NCBI RefSeq assembly: GCF_018350175.1 | Contig: NC_058386.1 | Location: 125,488,001 to 125,552,000 of the forward strand | Direction: 5' to 3' | Length of the DNA: 64,000 nucleotides | Source of the DNA: Felis catus | Lineage: Eukaryota | Shown: piece by piece, positions 48,731 through 64,000 of the stretch | Layout: each line of letters starts with the position of its first letter | How positions within the stretch are numbered: the first letter of the stretch is position 1 | Notes under the pieces: model-generated | Database searches by the model: none | Told to the model about the DNA's origin: nothing | Seen by the model: only the letters and a program-made list of their open reading frames with translations | Position numbers and translations under genes: made by a program

Positions 48731-48949
48731 AATGGGTAACTCCGTAAAGCGTGGAGAAGGGTTGCCTGTGACCAGACTGCCATTCTGTCTCTCTTCAGTA
48801 CTCCCATGGTTCTGTTTTCTGCTTTGGCTAGGGCTTCTAGGACCACGTTCCAATACACAGGCGAGAGGGAGCCTAGCTTCGGGTCATCGCATGTCCCAGA
48901 GAGCACATGGAAGTGTGGGCCTTTGTTAGGTCATAGAGACTTCGGGGAG

Positions 48950-49236
48950 ACATGGGGGGAGCAGGCAGATGGCGACATTCATCCCCTTTAAGGACACAAC
49001 CCTAAAGTTGGCCCTATCCCCCTTTTGTTCCATGTGTAGTCCAAGGGTAAGGTGTGTCCCTGTCCCATTTGCTTGAATGCCATTGGCCAAGACATAGTCA
49101 CATGGTCATATGTAGCTGTACCGGAATTGGGGGAATGTAGTCATTTTCCTGGATGACAAGATGCCTGATTAAAAATTAAAATCCAACATTGGAAAAGAGA
49201 AACAGAAATCGGGGAATGTCTAGCAAGTCTCTGCCA
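48950..49236 (-). mobile_element. MLT1J-like LTR fragment
   Basis: ccattggccaagacatagtcacatggtc...gggaatgtagtc...ctagcaagtctctgccaca terminus. Confidence 0.7.
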
Positions 49237-49745
49237 CAACCTCCTGGGGGTTCTTAGCACTTCCTAAAGCCATATTATATAAACAGAATGCAGATCTGGA
49301 GGCCAGGCCTTCCCCAAGTGTTTTGGCCATCCCTTCTTGTCCCTTCTGAGGGCAGGGTGGTGTCAACACCTCTGAGGAAATGCATGCTAGCATGTGGGCG
49401 ACACGTAGGGAGCGGGACCACACTTCCTGCAGGTAGAGTGGCAAGAACGGTGGCAATGGCCTCCGGGAAGCCCCGCTTCTCAGCTCCTCTGGGTCCCTGC
49501 CACCTAATAGGGCAACCATCCAGCTGAGGCGGAGTGCGGGTGCTGTGGAAGGTCACTGAGGCCACACGGTGGGGGTAGGGCGTGTGCAGAACGATCTGCT
49601 CAGGCTTCCATTTCAGACAGGGGATGCTCCTGCAAGTTACAATTGCCACGGGCAGAACCATGGGCTCACCGCCAGTCGCCAGTCGGGGCAGGGGGATTCC
49701 TGCGATCACTGGACACAGCGCGAAAGGGGTGGCAAGACCCGTTTG

Positions 49746-50356
49746 GTTTTTCAATTGTGGTGAAATAACGCGTAACATCAAATTTGCCGTCTTCACTATT
49801 CTTTTAAGTGTCTAGCTCAGCGGCATTGAGTATATTTACTTTGCTGTGCAACTCTCCCCTCCGTCCTTCGCCAGAACGTTGCCATCTTCCCAAACTGAAA
49901 CTCTGTCCCCGTTGGACGCTAACTCCCCTTCCCCTTCCCCCAGCCCCGCCCCGCACCCACCATCCTGCTTCCTGTCTCTCTGAATCCGACTGCTCTGGGC
50001 AGCCCATAGGAGCGGAGTCCTCCGGTATCTGTCCTTTCGTGTCTGGCCTCCTTCACTCAGCCGTGTGTCCGAGGCTCATCGATGTGGGAGCAGGTGTCTG
50101 CCTCCCCTTCCCTTCCAAAGCTGAATAACGATGCATTTGGTGGACAGACCACATTTTGCTGATCCATTCGTCCCTCGATGGGTCCTTAGGGTTGCTTCTA
50201 GCTACTGGGAGTCATGCGGCGTGGAACATGGGTGTGCCAATCTCTTAGAGACCCTGCTTCCAATTCTTTCGTAGGTATAGGCCCAGGCGTGGCGATCGTA
50301 CACATGGTGTTTTTGATGAGCCGCTGTTTTCCGTAGCAGCTGCACTCTTTTACGTT
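49746..50356 (-). mobile_element. L1MB (L1MB3-like) 3' end
   Basis: aattgtggtgaaat...catcttcccaaactgaaactctgt...ccaccatcctgcttcctgtctct...ccacattttgctgatccattcgtcc...gaacatgggtgtg. Confidence 0.85.
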
Positions 50357-53300
50357 GTCTGCAGGGGCTTGTTTTCACTGGACAATCCTGGATACTCCCT
50401 GGAGCCCCTGAAGGCAGGCAGCCGTGTGGCATCAAACCTGGCTGAGGCCTGGGATCCCCAGGCAGAGGGCTTTACAGAGTCCCAGTGCCACCCCCTTCTG
50501 ACTATGGAGCTGCGACTGGGGCTGTGCATTTTTAAAGCCCCTTGGTGGAAAGGGGGGCCCTCCGGGTCTGGCATGCGCTGCTCTAGATCGAAGCACTGGG
50601 CCATCAATTAGCAAGGGGTACTACAGACGTTCACCCACCCATAGGCAGGGGCTGCACCAGGTAAACCCCAGGTCCCTGCCACCTAGTCTAGACTTGGGTT
50701 TCTCTGGGTTCCAGAACCCTCCTTCACCCGGCTCTAGTCAGCAAGGACCTCCCGATGCTTGAAGTCCGTGCATCTGTCTTCCTGCTGGTCTCAGACAGTC
50801 CTTTGAGCCTGGACCAGGCGCTGGATGGGAAGCATCCTTCGCCCTTGCTGGCAGCCCCCAGCGGGTCCCTGAGGTGGCCCTAGTGGCCTGGTTGCAGCAC
50901 AACAGTCCCTCCCTGGGGGCAGCCCTGCAAGGGCAGACGTGCCTGTGGACGGCCGCGTGCGTCAGTTTGGGGAGAGGGGGCCATGGAGTTATTGTTTTTG
51001 CCCAAAGCTGTTCGCTGTGAGCGCTGCTTGGCGCGTGCACAGATTGTACCAGGAACGAGGGGGAGGAAGGAACGGAGGGGGGACTGTCCCTTTAAATCTG
51101 TTTTCTCTGTTTTATTTCCTTCTTTCTTCCCATCCTCCTCCTTCCACTAGCACAAGTGGTGGAGCTGTGAGGGCCCAGGAGCTGCAGTGACGGTGCCTCT
51201 GAAATATTAATGAGGCTGTTCTCTGCCTCAGCTCCCCCCTCGACGCCCGCTCCCTCCCTCCCCAGCCGAATGCAGGCTTCATCCTTGGAGCCCTCTTTTC
51301 TCCTACCAGGTGGCAAGCCAAGGTGTGCCGAGCAGAGGGGAGGGACAGGGGCCGGGCAATAGAGAGGGCCCAGCAAAGGAGGGGGTTGCGAGAGAAGTCA
51401 AGGGTCACAGGGCTGTCCAGCCACATGTTCACCTGCCTGGGATTAAAACCAGGCCCAGGAGAGGGCAGGGCTCTGCCAGTGGGGTTTCCGGAGGGCCCCT
51501 GCACCCACTCCCCACCTGCTCTCGGCTGGCCACGCCCCACATCTGCAGGTGTGAGGGAGGCCTGGGCCGGTATATGGGGCCCTCGCGCTCTTCCTCTCTG
51601 GGTTCTGTAGGGCCTGGCCTGGGCTCCAGGTGCCTGGAGGCAGAGAGAAGAGGGGACGGTTTTCTCAAGGAATCCCCACAGTGAATCACACTGCTGAGCC
51701 GTGGGTTCTTCTGGCGGTGGGTCTGTCGGGAGATGCCAACAGGCAGTGTGCATCGTGGGGGGCAGCGGTGGAGGGCATGTGCCTGGGTGGGCCCTCGGGC
51801 CCACATCTCCTGCCCTCTGACCCTGCCTCAGACGTGACCTGGCTGTGCCGGATTCTGCTCCGTTCTTGCCTCGGGCAAGCGCAGGGGGAATATTCTTGTC
51901 ACCAGTTTACTGACCGCAGGGCTGAGGGCACAGTGACTTGAGAGTGACGCAGGGACCCGGGACTTCCTGGCTTCTAGTTGGTGCTCCCGGCCAGCCTCCA
52001 TCCATCCTGGGGTGGGGGCGGGGAGCGGTGCCTGGCAGCAAATGCCCTCTCACCAGCCCGGGGACACATGCCCGCTCAGACACACGCGGCAAGCACGGAC
52101 TGGTGGTAACGTCCAGTGGCCGCTGCCCACAAATGAGTGCGACCTCTGACTTGTAGGGTTTCACCCTCTGTTCCTGTCCCCTCTGTGAAGGCGACGGCGG
52201 GCAGCCCACACAGAGTAGGGACTGAGCAACATGGAAGGCAGGTCCAGGAGGTCTGGGATCATTGAGCCTCCCCGAACCTCAGTTTCTGCATCTGTGAAAT
52301 GGAGAAATGTGTCCTTGCCCCTTGTTTATGAGGTACAATGAGGAGAGCATCTGGAGTAGGGGCCCGAGAGAAGGGAGCCTGGGAACAGAGGTGCTCCCAC
52401 CTCATTCAGGAAGCTCCTACCTTCCTGGAGGGTGGTCGGCTGCCCCGGGCCTTAGGGGAGGTGGTCAAGGAAGCAAAATGGGGGATTTGGGCAGATTAAG
52501 TCAAGGGTGCTGGGAGATCCCCCCAAACCTGATTAGAAGTGGCCAGGAAGGGCCGGCGCAGAGGGGACGAGGACTCCTGGGTTTCTGGTTAGGCAGACTT
52601 GAGTCAGTGGGCCTACGGACAGGGGGCGTCAGGCCACACTGGAGGGAAGGGTCCAGAACACGGTTGGGTGACTGGTGTGAACATGGGCGATCTCCTGCAG
52701 TGCTCTGGTAGCAAGCAGCCTGTTGAAAGTCCCAGAGCAAGGGTGAGATGGTCCCGGGGACCCACTACAGCTCACTACTCTCGTCATCGCACTGCGCGGG
52801 CCAACTTATGCCACGACAGAGCAAGTATCGGAAGGTGTGAGTCCGTCCCTGTGAAGGTTTGCAATTCAATTAAGCCAATTAAGGTCTGGAAGATGGTACA
52901 TTGCCTGCACTTTTAGTGCCTACAAACCGTTCTAGGCAGCCAGCCCAGGCCGGAAAGCCTCTGTCGGGCCTGTAGAACTGATAGGCCTGGTCACTTCTGT
53001 TCTCAGCCATTTCAGTGATGGCTGCCGTCCTTATTAAGAATGAGAGAGGCAATTGCCCAAGCTTACAGAGAACCAGAAAAACAACAGTATATGCCATTTG
53101 ATCTCTACAGCAGCCAACAATCACTCAAGACAGACTTTGATTTAACTGATGGCTCCTGTCTGGCCTACAGAGTTAATGAAGATGAGGAAGGTTAGCATGA
53201 GCACAGTCTTTGACTTGAGGGGGCCCCCCCAGAGCTGCGTGGAGGCCCTGGGCACACTGCAAGTAGCCTGCTGGGGGTCAAGGCATCCCTGCCCTGCATC

Positions 53301-55489
53301 CCTGTGCCCCCCTCATGCTCTCCAGGAAGGCGATCCACACCCTGCCCCTCAAAAAAAAAGACTCCCCGCTCTTCCTTGGCCAGCCAGGCCCCTGTTCGCT
53401 CCCTCCTCCGGGCCCCCATCCCCAGCCAGGGCTGACCATTCAGTGAACTTCCTGCCAACTCAATAACCGCATATCTCAAAAAGCTTTCACCCCTGGGAGT
53501 GGGAGAGAAAGCAGAGAGCCATAGGAGCGGTCGGCGGATTAGAGACTCGGCAGCGATCAATTTTGGCACAGACTTTCTGGAGAATGTTCCACTTGAATTG
53601 CCACTCAAATTCGTCAGAGGTCATCAGGCAGAGAGGGGACAGCAGGCTGTGCGGGGCGGGGCACATATGGAGTGCTTGGAGCCGGCGAGGCTGTGCGTGG
53701 CGGCCAGGTGAGCGCTGACGCGGGTAGACGGGCGTGGGGTACAGGCGGGAGCAGGAGAGGAGCTGGCTTTTTGCTTGAGGGGGGCGGCGGGGGGTCACCT
53801 GCACCGGGGAAAATGGTGACCCAGAGCCGGGTGGTGACAGGCTGCCCAGCTGGAGGGAGACAGGCGACGTGGTAGGCGGGGACACGGGGCCTGCTCGGCG
53901 GGGGATGAGGCAGAGGGACCAGGCCACAGCCGCAGGCGGGGTGCCAGGGGACGCTGAGGTGCAGAGGAGCAGCAGGGCTAGCTGAGAGGCGGTGGTGAGG
54001 GCGGGCACGCTCTGTGTCCCACAGAAGGTCAGGCCTCGCCTCCCTGCTCGGCTCCCTTACCGTGAGTCACCACAGGCACAGGAGGCCTCAGTGATGACAG
54101 CACACCGATTGGGAGCAGCTCAAGGACCCTGTGTGGCTGTCTGGGCCACGGCTGTTGCTCAGTCGAGGGCAGGGCCACGCCTGGGGGCCGAGTAAGGAGC
54201 AGGAGGCAAGGACAGGGCTCACCTTCAGTGAACCCTGTTTTCAGGGAGCGGGCGGGAGAGGCCGGCGCCTCCGGTGGAAGCAGGCGTGTGAAGGTGTGAC
54301 CTCCACCAGCCTGAGCTGCTGTCTCCCACCACCTGCCTCAGAGCCCACCCAACTATGGGCCATTCCTCTGTCATCCCCAGGAGCCCTCCAGTGCCATACG
54401 GGCGGGGTCGGGCGCCTTCTACCTGAGCCTTCTCTGAGTGGGTACAGGTGCCGAGAAGATAAAAGGGTTCCAAGGGAACAAAATCATTCATCTGACTTCG
54501 CTTTTAGAAAGAACCCCCACGGAGTCCCTACACAGCTAGCCCCAGGGGCCTAGGTGGAAGGTGTGGGATGCAGGCCCGGGGCCTGCCTGCCAGGGGCGTC
54601 AGAGCCTCCCTTGTGCTCACCACTCCCCTCAGCCTGGGAGGAGGGGCCTACAGGGCGACCCAGGGTGCTGTGCTCAGGGACAGTTGACTCTCCCCACCCC
54701 CTGCCGGGACCCACACAGCCCATAGATGGGTGTTCTCTCAGCAGCTGAGTGTGCCCGGGACCTACTCGCCGGGGGCTCTGTGCCTATGGCAAGCCAATGC
54801 CCGCACACGTGAACCAGCCCCTGTCCCTCCCGTCCAGCAGCCAACAGGCCAGGGGGCTGGGGACACAGAGCCCAGCCCTGCAAGTTTCACCCAAGTTGCC
54901 TGGTATGTGGGAAGGGAGACACATGGCAGCGACACTCGGGGTCAGAGAAAGGAGGGGAGAAGGGGCACCCAGCAGGGGCGCTGTCCTGAGCCACAGTCTG
55001 GACTGGGGAAGGAATCTGGCAGGACGAAGGCAGGGGTGGGGGCGACAGGCAAGGCCATCTAGAGAGGTCAAAAGCCACCAACGCTGCCTCTGATGGCTCC
55101 TGAGATGGCCTGAGGTCGGGACAGCCAGGTCTCCCAGTGGCCAAGCCTCTGTTTCCCGCGCTGGTGAACGGGCCAGTGATTCCTACGGCTCCCACCCAGG
55201 TGCGTGGGCCACATTCGCAGAGCACCCCCGAAGGAGCCCCACGTGCCATGGAAATGAAAGGTTTGCTCGCTTGAAGCTCTGCGTGCCGGTGCTCCCGGGA
55301 GCTCAGGGTCACCCGTGTTGCCTCCGCCCTCTCCCCCACGTGCCGAATGACCTAGCAGCTGACTGCAGCCCTCCCTCATCTCTGGGCTTCTGCCCCTCCA
55401 GTCTGGCGTCACCCGGCAGCCGTCTGCTCGGTGATGGCCCATGTCATTTGTGGCCCCGTGGGATCCGCAGCCCCATTCCCCCACCGACC

Positions 55490-55760
55490 CGTCCTACTAC
55501 CTGTCTTCTCCTTAGGATCAGAACACTCTTTCATCCAGAAGAACGGCTCGCTCCTCCCCCTTGTTCTGGTCTTTTCGCAAACGCGCCCCTGCCAAGAGGC
55601 CTTCCCTGCCCCTACCCCCAGCGGAAACCATTCTGTCCATCACTCTGTCACCTGCTGCGAACTCACCTCCAAGCCAGAGAGCACAAGGATGCACTCAGTG
55701 CTGTCACCTCTGTGTCCCCAGCACGGATGGCCAGTGCAGGCCTGTAGTAGATGACAAAGT
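55490..55760 (+). mobile_element. L2 3' fragment
   Basis: gaggccttccctg...tcacctctgtgtccccagcac...cagtgcaggcctgtagtag resembles the L2 terminus. Confidence 0.5.
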
Positions 55761-57401
55761 GGAAGGATGGGCAGTGGGAAGACGCGTGGGAGTGGAAAGG
55801 ACGGCACGTTCTCGTGTCTGCCATTTTGTTCCCACATCTTCCGGCACCGAAGGCTGCTCCATGTGGAAACTGTCTAGAGGATTAACACTTAGGTGCCCAA
55901 ACTTATAAAATGGGGATCACTTTCGATGGGCATTTTTTGAAGTGCCTCCCTGGGTCCCAGGCCTCCTGGGTGGGACTGCCCTAGGTATATGTGCCTTTTT
56001 TGGACACGGTAGGGTCAAGCGTGCAGAGGAACTAAGGCCCCCACATGTTCTGAACCCCCTCGGGCCGGTCTTGTCCCCTGAGGGTTGTGGTGCACCCCTG
56101 CTTCTGGTGTCCCTGGGTGGGACCTCTCCTGAGAGTAGGCGCCATAGGCTCTGGGCTGTGTTTCCACGGGCAGTTCTAGATCAGGAACCTGCATTGGTAG
56201 CCAAGTTTTGCTTCCAAGAGGATCCTTCGGAGCCTGCAGCTTCCCCAAAGGCAAAAGATTGGGCCCAACTGAGCCATGCCGTCCGGAGGCCTCTTTGCTG
56301 TTGTGAAGGCCAAGGCCATGTGCACTGACACTAGTTTAATCCTGGGAGTTTGACCTTTGGGGATGCTTGCACTCATGCTCCCAGCCTGTGTGTGTGTTGT
56401 GGGCAGCCTCCCAATTCATCGCCTGGAGGGCAGAAGGGTGTGGCGGGGAGGGGACGGCACCGTGCTGTGGGCGGGCTGATGGGGAAGTCGCCAGTGACCT
56501 GTGGCTGCTTTCCACCTTCTCCTGTGCGCCCTCTCCTCCACCCCTCCTCTTCTCCTTTTATCCCCTCCTTTCCCCTCCTGCCCTCCCTCTCCCTCCTTAC
56601 CCCCTCCCCCCAGGCCACCTCCCTTCCTTGCCCCAGACCCCCCAGGTGCCCTCGGGGCAGCAGAGACACCCTGCACACTAAGTCTTGACCTGGCTCCCGG
56701 CTGGCCCCGCCCATGGCCTGGCCTGGCCTGCTCCCTGGACCCCCCGCGCAGCCCCAAGCCTGAAACCGTGAGCCCCAGAGGCTGTGCCAGGCCGCTGCAA
56801 GGGATTTATAGCACGTCTGCTACGCCGAGCGAGTGTTAATCAGGCAAGAGCAGGGAGCATGACGGAGGGGACAAGCTTTCACCCAAGGTAGGGCACGGAC
56901 ATGAGAGAATTGTGGCACAGATAGCCCACCCACCCGTGCCAGTAATCAACCCCAGGACATCACCTCTGCTTCAGTGTGGGTTCCCAGACGGATTTGGGAG
57001 GCAGTCAGAGTCTCCGTATCGCAACAGCAGACCCCTTCCAGGAGACACGAATGCTCCCTCCTTCCCCACCTAGGCGAGTCCTCCTGCCTTGGGTACTCGG
57101 GCTGGGCAGGACTAGGGGATGGCCTGGCAGCTGGGCCTGGCAGGGCATGAGGGCCACTGACCCAACCTAGGAGGTGAATTTTGCAATCGGCAAGTCATGG
57201 CTCAGACTGAGTGCCGATTTTCGGAGAACGTTCTGGAAGAGTGGACCTCAGTCTTGTCTCAACTTCGCCCCTGGCTTCTTCTCACCTCTCCCCAGGTGTC
57301 CGTGCTCGGCCACTTCCCCGCTGCAGCTCCCTCCACTACACCTCACCCAGGCACTGGGACCTCGGGTGGCTGCCTGCCCCTAGCTGAGGCCGCACCTGTG
57401 A

Positions 57402-57698
<297 letters not shown>

Positions 57699-60600
57699 TA
57701 GGGTCATGGGCCACCGGACACTCCCCCCCGGTCTCCAAGGGCCATCCTGAAGACGTCCCGTACCCCCGGGGCGGGCCTGGCCGAGGGCCGGGTGGTGCTT
57801 CTGCAGCAGCTTCCGAAGCACTCTTGACCCTGACTGTGCCCTCCCAAGGAAGCCATCCCGCCCCCGCCCCCGCCACCACCGAGCGGGGGATGCTCTGTAG
57901 GGGGGTGAGGGGGATCGTCCTCTGGGTAACCTGGGGTCCTCCGGGAGCCGTGGCCTGACCCCCTCCATCAGCAGCAGCTCCCTGCTCTCGCCTCTTTGGA
58001 TTAAATAGAAATCAAGCAAAAGAGGAGGGAAGGAAGAGGACGGCACGGTGTCAGGCTGGGCCCCAAACTGAAACCCCAGAAGCTCTTCTGGGCAACAGGG
58101 CAACAGGGTGGGACAGAGGGGGAGGAAGGCCCGGCCCCTGTCTGTATGCTCCAGGCCGTGTGCCCAGCCCCGTGTCCAGTTAAGGGGCACAGGAAAACGA
58201 GGGTGCCGGCCCTCTGCGGGCTTGGGTTGCAGGGGGCTCTCTCTGGAAAGGGGGGGCAGAGTGCTGAGTGGAGGTGCCACTGGCCACAGGCTGTCCCAAA
58301 GAAGCAAAGAAGCAAGTCTGGTGCTTGGGTGGTTCAGCGGCAGAATTCTCCCCTGCCAAAGAGGTGCAAGCCTCAGGCAGCATAGATCTGAGGAGATCTG
58401 CTGCCCGGAGCCTTGAGGAAGGCTGAGGAGCATTGTCTAGAAGGTTCCAGAGGCAGAGGCCTGACCGCCACCTTGGGTCCCTGCCTCGGCCCTGTAGCCC
58501 TTGCCCCCTGCACTGGAGGCAAAACTGTGCCCTGCTCTGCACCAGCCTTTCCCAGTCCTGCCTGCTGGGTCTGCTGGGAGGCCGGGACCACCAGGACCCA
58601 GGCTTGGCCCCAGATTCCAGGAGTTGGAGTGTTTTCTGGCCCAGCTGGCACCTCCCTGGCAGGGCTGCTAGGGCTGTCCCAGCCCAGTGCCAGGCCTGTT
58701 CTCAGCCAGCCCTGATTTATCTCATCAGCTCCCATCTCAGCTGTCACACCTTTGTCCACCCAGGGCTCTGGCCGTCACCCTTGTCTGTTGCTCCCTGGCC
58801 CTATCTGTCTGTGGATGGCACATGGGCTGGAGCAGGGGGTAGAGAAGGCCCACCCGGGAGGAGATGGGCCCAAGGGCCGGGTGAGAGGGTGCCCACCCAA
58901 CCAGGTCAGGAACTCCAAGCCTAAGTGGCCTTCTCAGGGCCGCCTGGGTCTCTCTTGTTTTGTGCTCTGAAGGGACCCAGCCTGGTGTGTTGTGTTATCA
59001 GGGCAGATGGCTTGGCTCGGGGCCAGAGGGATCTCTCTCCTTCCCTCCTCCTTGCCCCCCCCCCGCCCAGGATTTGGGGCTAGGGGGGAGGCTGGGGTGG
59101 AGGGCCATTTAGCCACAAGGGCTCTGGCCTCTTCCAGATAAAAGGAAGCAGATGGGCTTCAGCTGGCAGCTCTTTCCTCTGCCTGTCAGGCCTTGTTAAA
59201 TATTTAAAATGTCAAGGCCCCTGGGAACCTGCCTGATTCTGCCACAGCGGCTCTGGAGCTCGCCCAGTGCCTGTGGAGGGGCGGGCATGAAGAAGGGCAA
59301 GTGCCCAGGTGGGTGGCCAGGCCGCAGCAGAGGGAGCCGGCCAGGCCTGACCTGCCTCCTGAAGAATGAGCAGCACGAGGACTACCCCTCCCCACTCCAA
59401 GCCCAGGAGCCCTGGCCCCCAGTACACCTGCCGACTTGGCCCCGGAGTGTTCACCCACATGTCCCCACTCCTGCCCAGACACAATGGCCTGAGCTTTAGG
59501 AGGGGCCGGCTTAGCCGCACCCTGGGCCCCACATCAATCCCCTGGCAAGGTGTGCTGGCAGATGGGTGCTTTGGGAAGGGTGGGGGGCATGGGGACGTGC
59601 ATGGTGTACTGGGGGGGGGGAGTTTTGTCTGTTCTCGGCAACAAGCACGTCAATGGGCTCAGGCTTTGTAGCTATCCAAGAGGATTCCAGAAGCCAGAGA
59701 ACCCGGGTCTTGGGCCAAGCTCAGTGGGAAGCCCACCAGGGGGACCTGGGCCCCAGCCCTTCCCCTGTCTGGCCTTTACCAGCAGCAGTCATGGAAATGA
59801 GAGGGCGGATTATCCAAGAGCCGCACGATGTGGTCCTAATCCAATTCTGATGGCATCTGGCCTCTGCTCTGGGCAGGACACTCATCTGTGTCCAAGCCAA
59901 CCAGCCGGCCCCTGCCCCAGCACCTGGACCTGGGCCGCTGTGGGGGCCTGCCAACTGGGCACATGCTTGGAGCCAGAGGGGCTGCAGCTACCTTCTGGCC
60001 CCCACATGAGTACCTGAGCAGCTGTCTGGACCCCCAAGCCCAACAGGAAGGCCATGGTCTTGGGCTGGTGCAGGGCAAGGGAGAGAGAAGCGTTGCTAGA
60101 GTATCAAGGGCAACCCAAGGCCAAGGGACAGGCTGACAGTGGGAGGGGAGGAACGGAGCCAGCTCACTCCTGGGGAGGGGGCCCCAAGGGCCTGGCTTCC
60201 CTTGGGGACAATCTGGCGTATGGGGTGAGGCAGGCAGGATGCAGACTTATGGTGGCACAGGGACCCATGGGCTCTCTCTTGAGGGTCTCCAGATCCGTGC
60301 CCTTTCTCGAGGCAGGGGCAGTGGAAATTCCGGGTGTCTGGGAGAGCGGGGGTTCAAGCACTTCCATAGTACTGACCTCACTTTTCATATCTCTTGTAGC
60401 TTAAAGACGCAGGCCTCAGTTAAGAGTGGGGCACAGGCCCTCGGCTGGGACCCCAGGCCCTAGGAGCTGAGGTCCTGAGCTTGTCCCAGACACCCAGGTG
60501 GAAAGTTGCAGCCTTCAGAAACCGGAGCCCCGGCAGGGCCCAGGCACCATGAGGCCTGGGGAGAAGGGCAGGGGCAGCCGCAGCCCCGCTGGGTGCGGAG

Positions 60601-62582
60601 ATGTGCCCAGGCTGTGCCCGCTGTGGGCTTTTGCTCTCGTCAGGCCTTCCACCTCTGGTGGGCTCCACCCTGCCCCTCCCCAGGCCCCTTCCCTGCCTAG
60701 TGGACAGCCACCCTCCTTCCTCCCAACTCTTTCTGCACCCCACTTAACACTTCCTTGCTATCAAGTCCTATGTGCCTTCCCAAGCCAGCTGAGATCACCC
60801 CCATAAGCTGGGGAACCCGCCCCCCATCTGCCCTGCCGGTAGCTCCCTGCCCCCGGGAACTGCAGTCCAGTGTCTGCCCACGAGGTGTCAGTGTGGAGCC
60901 GGACCCTTGGGTTCAGACCTAGAAGGAAGCAGCATCCTGAGGGATGAGGGCGGGGCCAGGGGACGGCGTCCAGTGGGCCCGCCTCTGGGGAGGGTGGCCA
61001 AGTGGATGTCTGGCCTCGGGAGGAGGTAGCCTGGATGTCAGTTCCACATGGAGACTTCTGGTAGCTCCAGGCATGGGCCTGAGGGGACTCATGCTGTAGA
61101 GGCAGAGACCCAGAGGGCTTGGTGCGGGCCTGGGTGGGAAGTGGGCTGTCCCAAGGATGAGAAGTAAGGTAAGGGCCCAGCCTCGAAAGCCAGAGCTCAC
61201 CCCTTGGTGGATGTTGATTCTGAGCCCTTCATCCCAGCCCCAACACACTAGAGTGCCTGCGATGTGGCGGGGGCCTCCCAGGGCTCTAGAAGTCCGGGTC
61301 AGGCCTCTCAGCCTCTCAGCCCTCCTTCAACATGTTTCACCTGCTCTGGCCACAAGGGGTCCCCACTGAGACCGGCTTCTTCACCCTTCACTCTCCTCAT
61401 CCTCTGCCTGGTGGCCTGGGGACACCGTGGCATCAGTATGAATCACTCACTGACAATCCCAGAGCCTCAGAGACATTCACCAAGTGCCACGTGTGCGGCC
61501 CCAGAGGAGGCAATAGGTGGGGGCGTGGGCAAGGCAGGGAGCTCACGTCCCATCCCCGCCCTTCGCCGTGACCCCCAGCTCAGAACTCGAGGTTGGCACT
61601 GCAGCGGGGTCTAGGGAAAGCGTTAGGAAGGAGGCAGCTGACTCCAGACGACGGCCACGAGAGCTCGGGGCGGGGGCAGTTCCTACGTACCTCCTGGTGC
61701 CACGGGTGCCACACCCATGCTCAACAGTATGGGCAAAACCAACGATGCTTTGGGGCCGCCAGAGCCGACTGTCTCCCGGGTCTCGTCAGATGACACAGGT
61801 TCTGTGTCCCGCGCGCATGGCTTGGCCACGCCCCCCTGTTGATGGCTTAGCATCTGTGAGGCTCCGTCATCCTGACCTAGGGTCAGGTGCACAGGGCAGC
61901 AAAGGAGTCCTGGGCTGCCAGCAAGAGCTCTGACTCACAGGCACAGGGCCCTTTCCCTCCCTGGACTCAGTTTCCTCCTCTGGACCCTAGAGGGATTGTA
62001 CGAGCACCTCGGCCCACTCACAGCCCACAGGGGATCAGCTACCCTGGGCCTGGCTGACAGCAGCCTGCCACACCTGTGCCCTCCATCCCAGTCTTGTACC
62101 AAGCCCTGCACTCCTGCGAACGCCTGGGCTGTTCTCTTCTCCTGTCTCCAGGTGACACTTGGCCATCCCTGGCCCAGCTGGGTTCCCTCTGCCCACCCCC
62201 ACCCCATGGTGGCCGTTATCACCGTCCTTCCCATCTGCCCTCTGAAGGGACCCACCGTAGCCCATAGACCTCCCCGAGCATATCGGGAGGACGACCGAAC
62301 CCTTCCTCATACCAGGGGCTCCGCATTGTTGCGAGTCGCGCGGTCGCACGCCTGAGCTGTCCAGGCAGCTGGAGGGCACACACGCCCACATACCTGTCCT
62401 CGGGGTTTGCAGAAAGGCTTGGAGGACCGGGCAGGTGCAGTTCCCGCCTTCCAGGGGCTTTCAGGCCAGAGAACAAGACAGGCACTCTGGGCGAGCAGGG
62501 GAGAAAGGGGCAGGGCCTCACGCTGTTGGCCCTTCCCATCTTCTTGCTCTGTGTCCCCGCTCTCCATCCCTGCACCACACAG

Positions 62583-63663
<1,081 letters not shown>

Positions 63664-64000
63664 TGAGTCGCCCTTCTGGCTAGGGAGTCTGAAGTTTTTG
63701 CCCCCAAGAGGCCAGAGTGGCCCGTGGGAGGCCTGATGGTGGTCGCTCTAGCCACTGGGGAAGGAAATGGGTGCTCCCCGCCTCAAAGGGCCCCTAATAT
63801 CCTGAGGAAAGCTCCTAGAACGTTTTGGCCTAGCCCAGCATTTATCCCGGTGGCAAATGCAGTGTGACACAGGACAGAGGGGCTGGAGGCCCCAGGTGGA
63901 CCCTGTGAAGACCTCACCTTGTGTTTCTGGGCAAGCAGCTGCTCATGTGTGCGCCTCCGGGTCCCCTCCAAGCCAGGAATGAGGCTTCGTTCTAGGATTA

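Overview
This is very GC-rich mammalian genomic DNA from a feliform carnivore (it carries a cat-type Can-SINE), syntenic to human Xq28. Three genes lie in tandem on the + strand. (1) About 2.7-10.2 kb: a degraded multi-exon ECM2-like leucine-rich-repeat gene, the 'ECMX' locus upstream of biglycan. The ORF track shows it only in fragments, but its LRR exons can be rebuilt one by one against ECM2, revealing frameshifts, deletions, a dead splice donor and a premature stop. (2) About 18.0-32.7 kb: biglycan (BGN), 8 exons, with the C-terminal codons hidden in an N gap. (3) From about 39.3 kb to the window end: the 5' part of ATP2B3 (PMCA3), with a CpG-island first exon and four coding exons. Interspersed are MLT1 LTRs, old L1, MIR, L2, MER3/MER58 and one SINEC. 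Candidate regulatory elements include a back-to-back CTCF pair, an RE1/REST site and a G-tract. Homology statements rest on my recollection of the family sequences, not on a database search.
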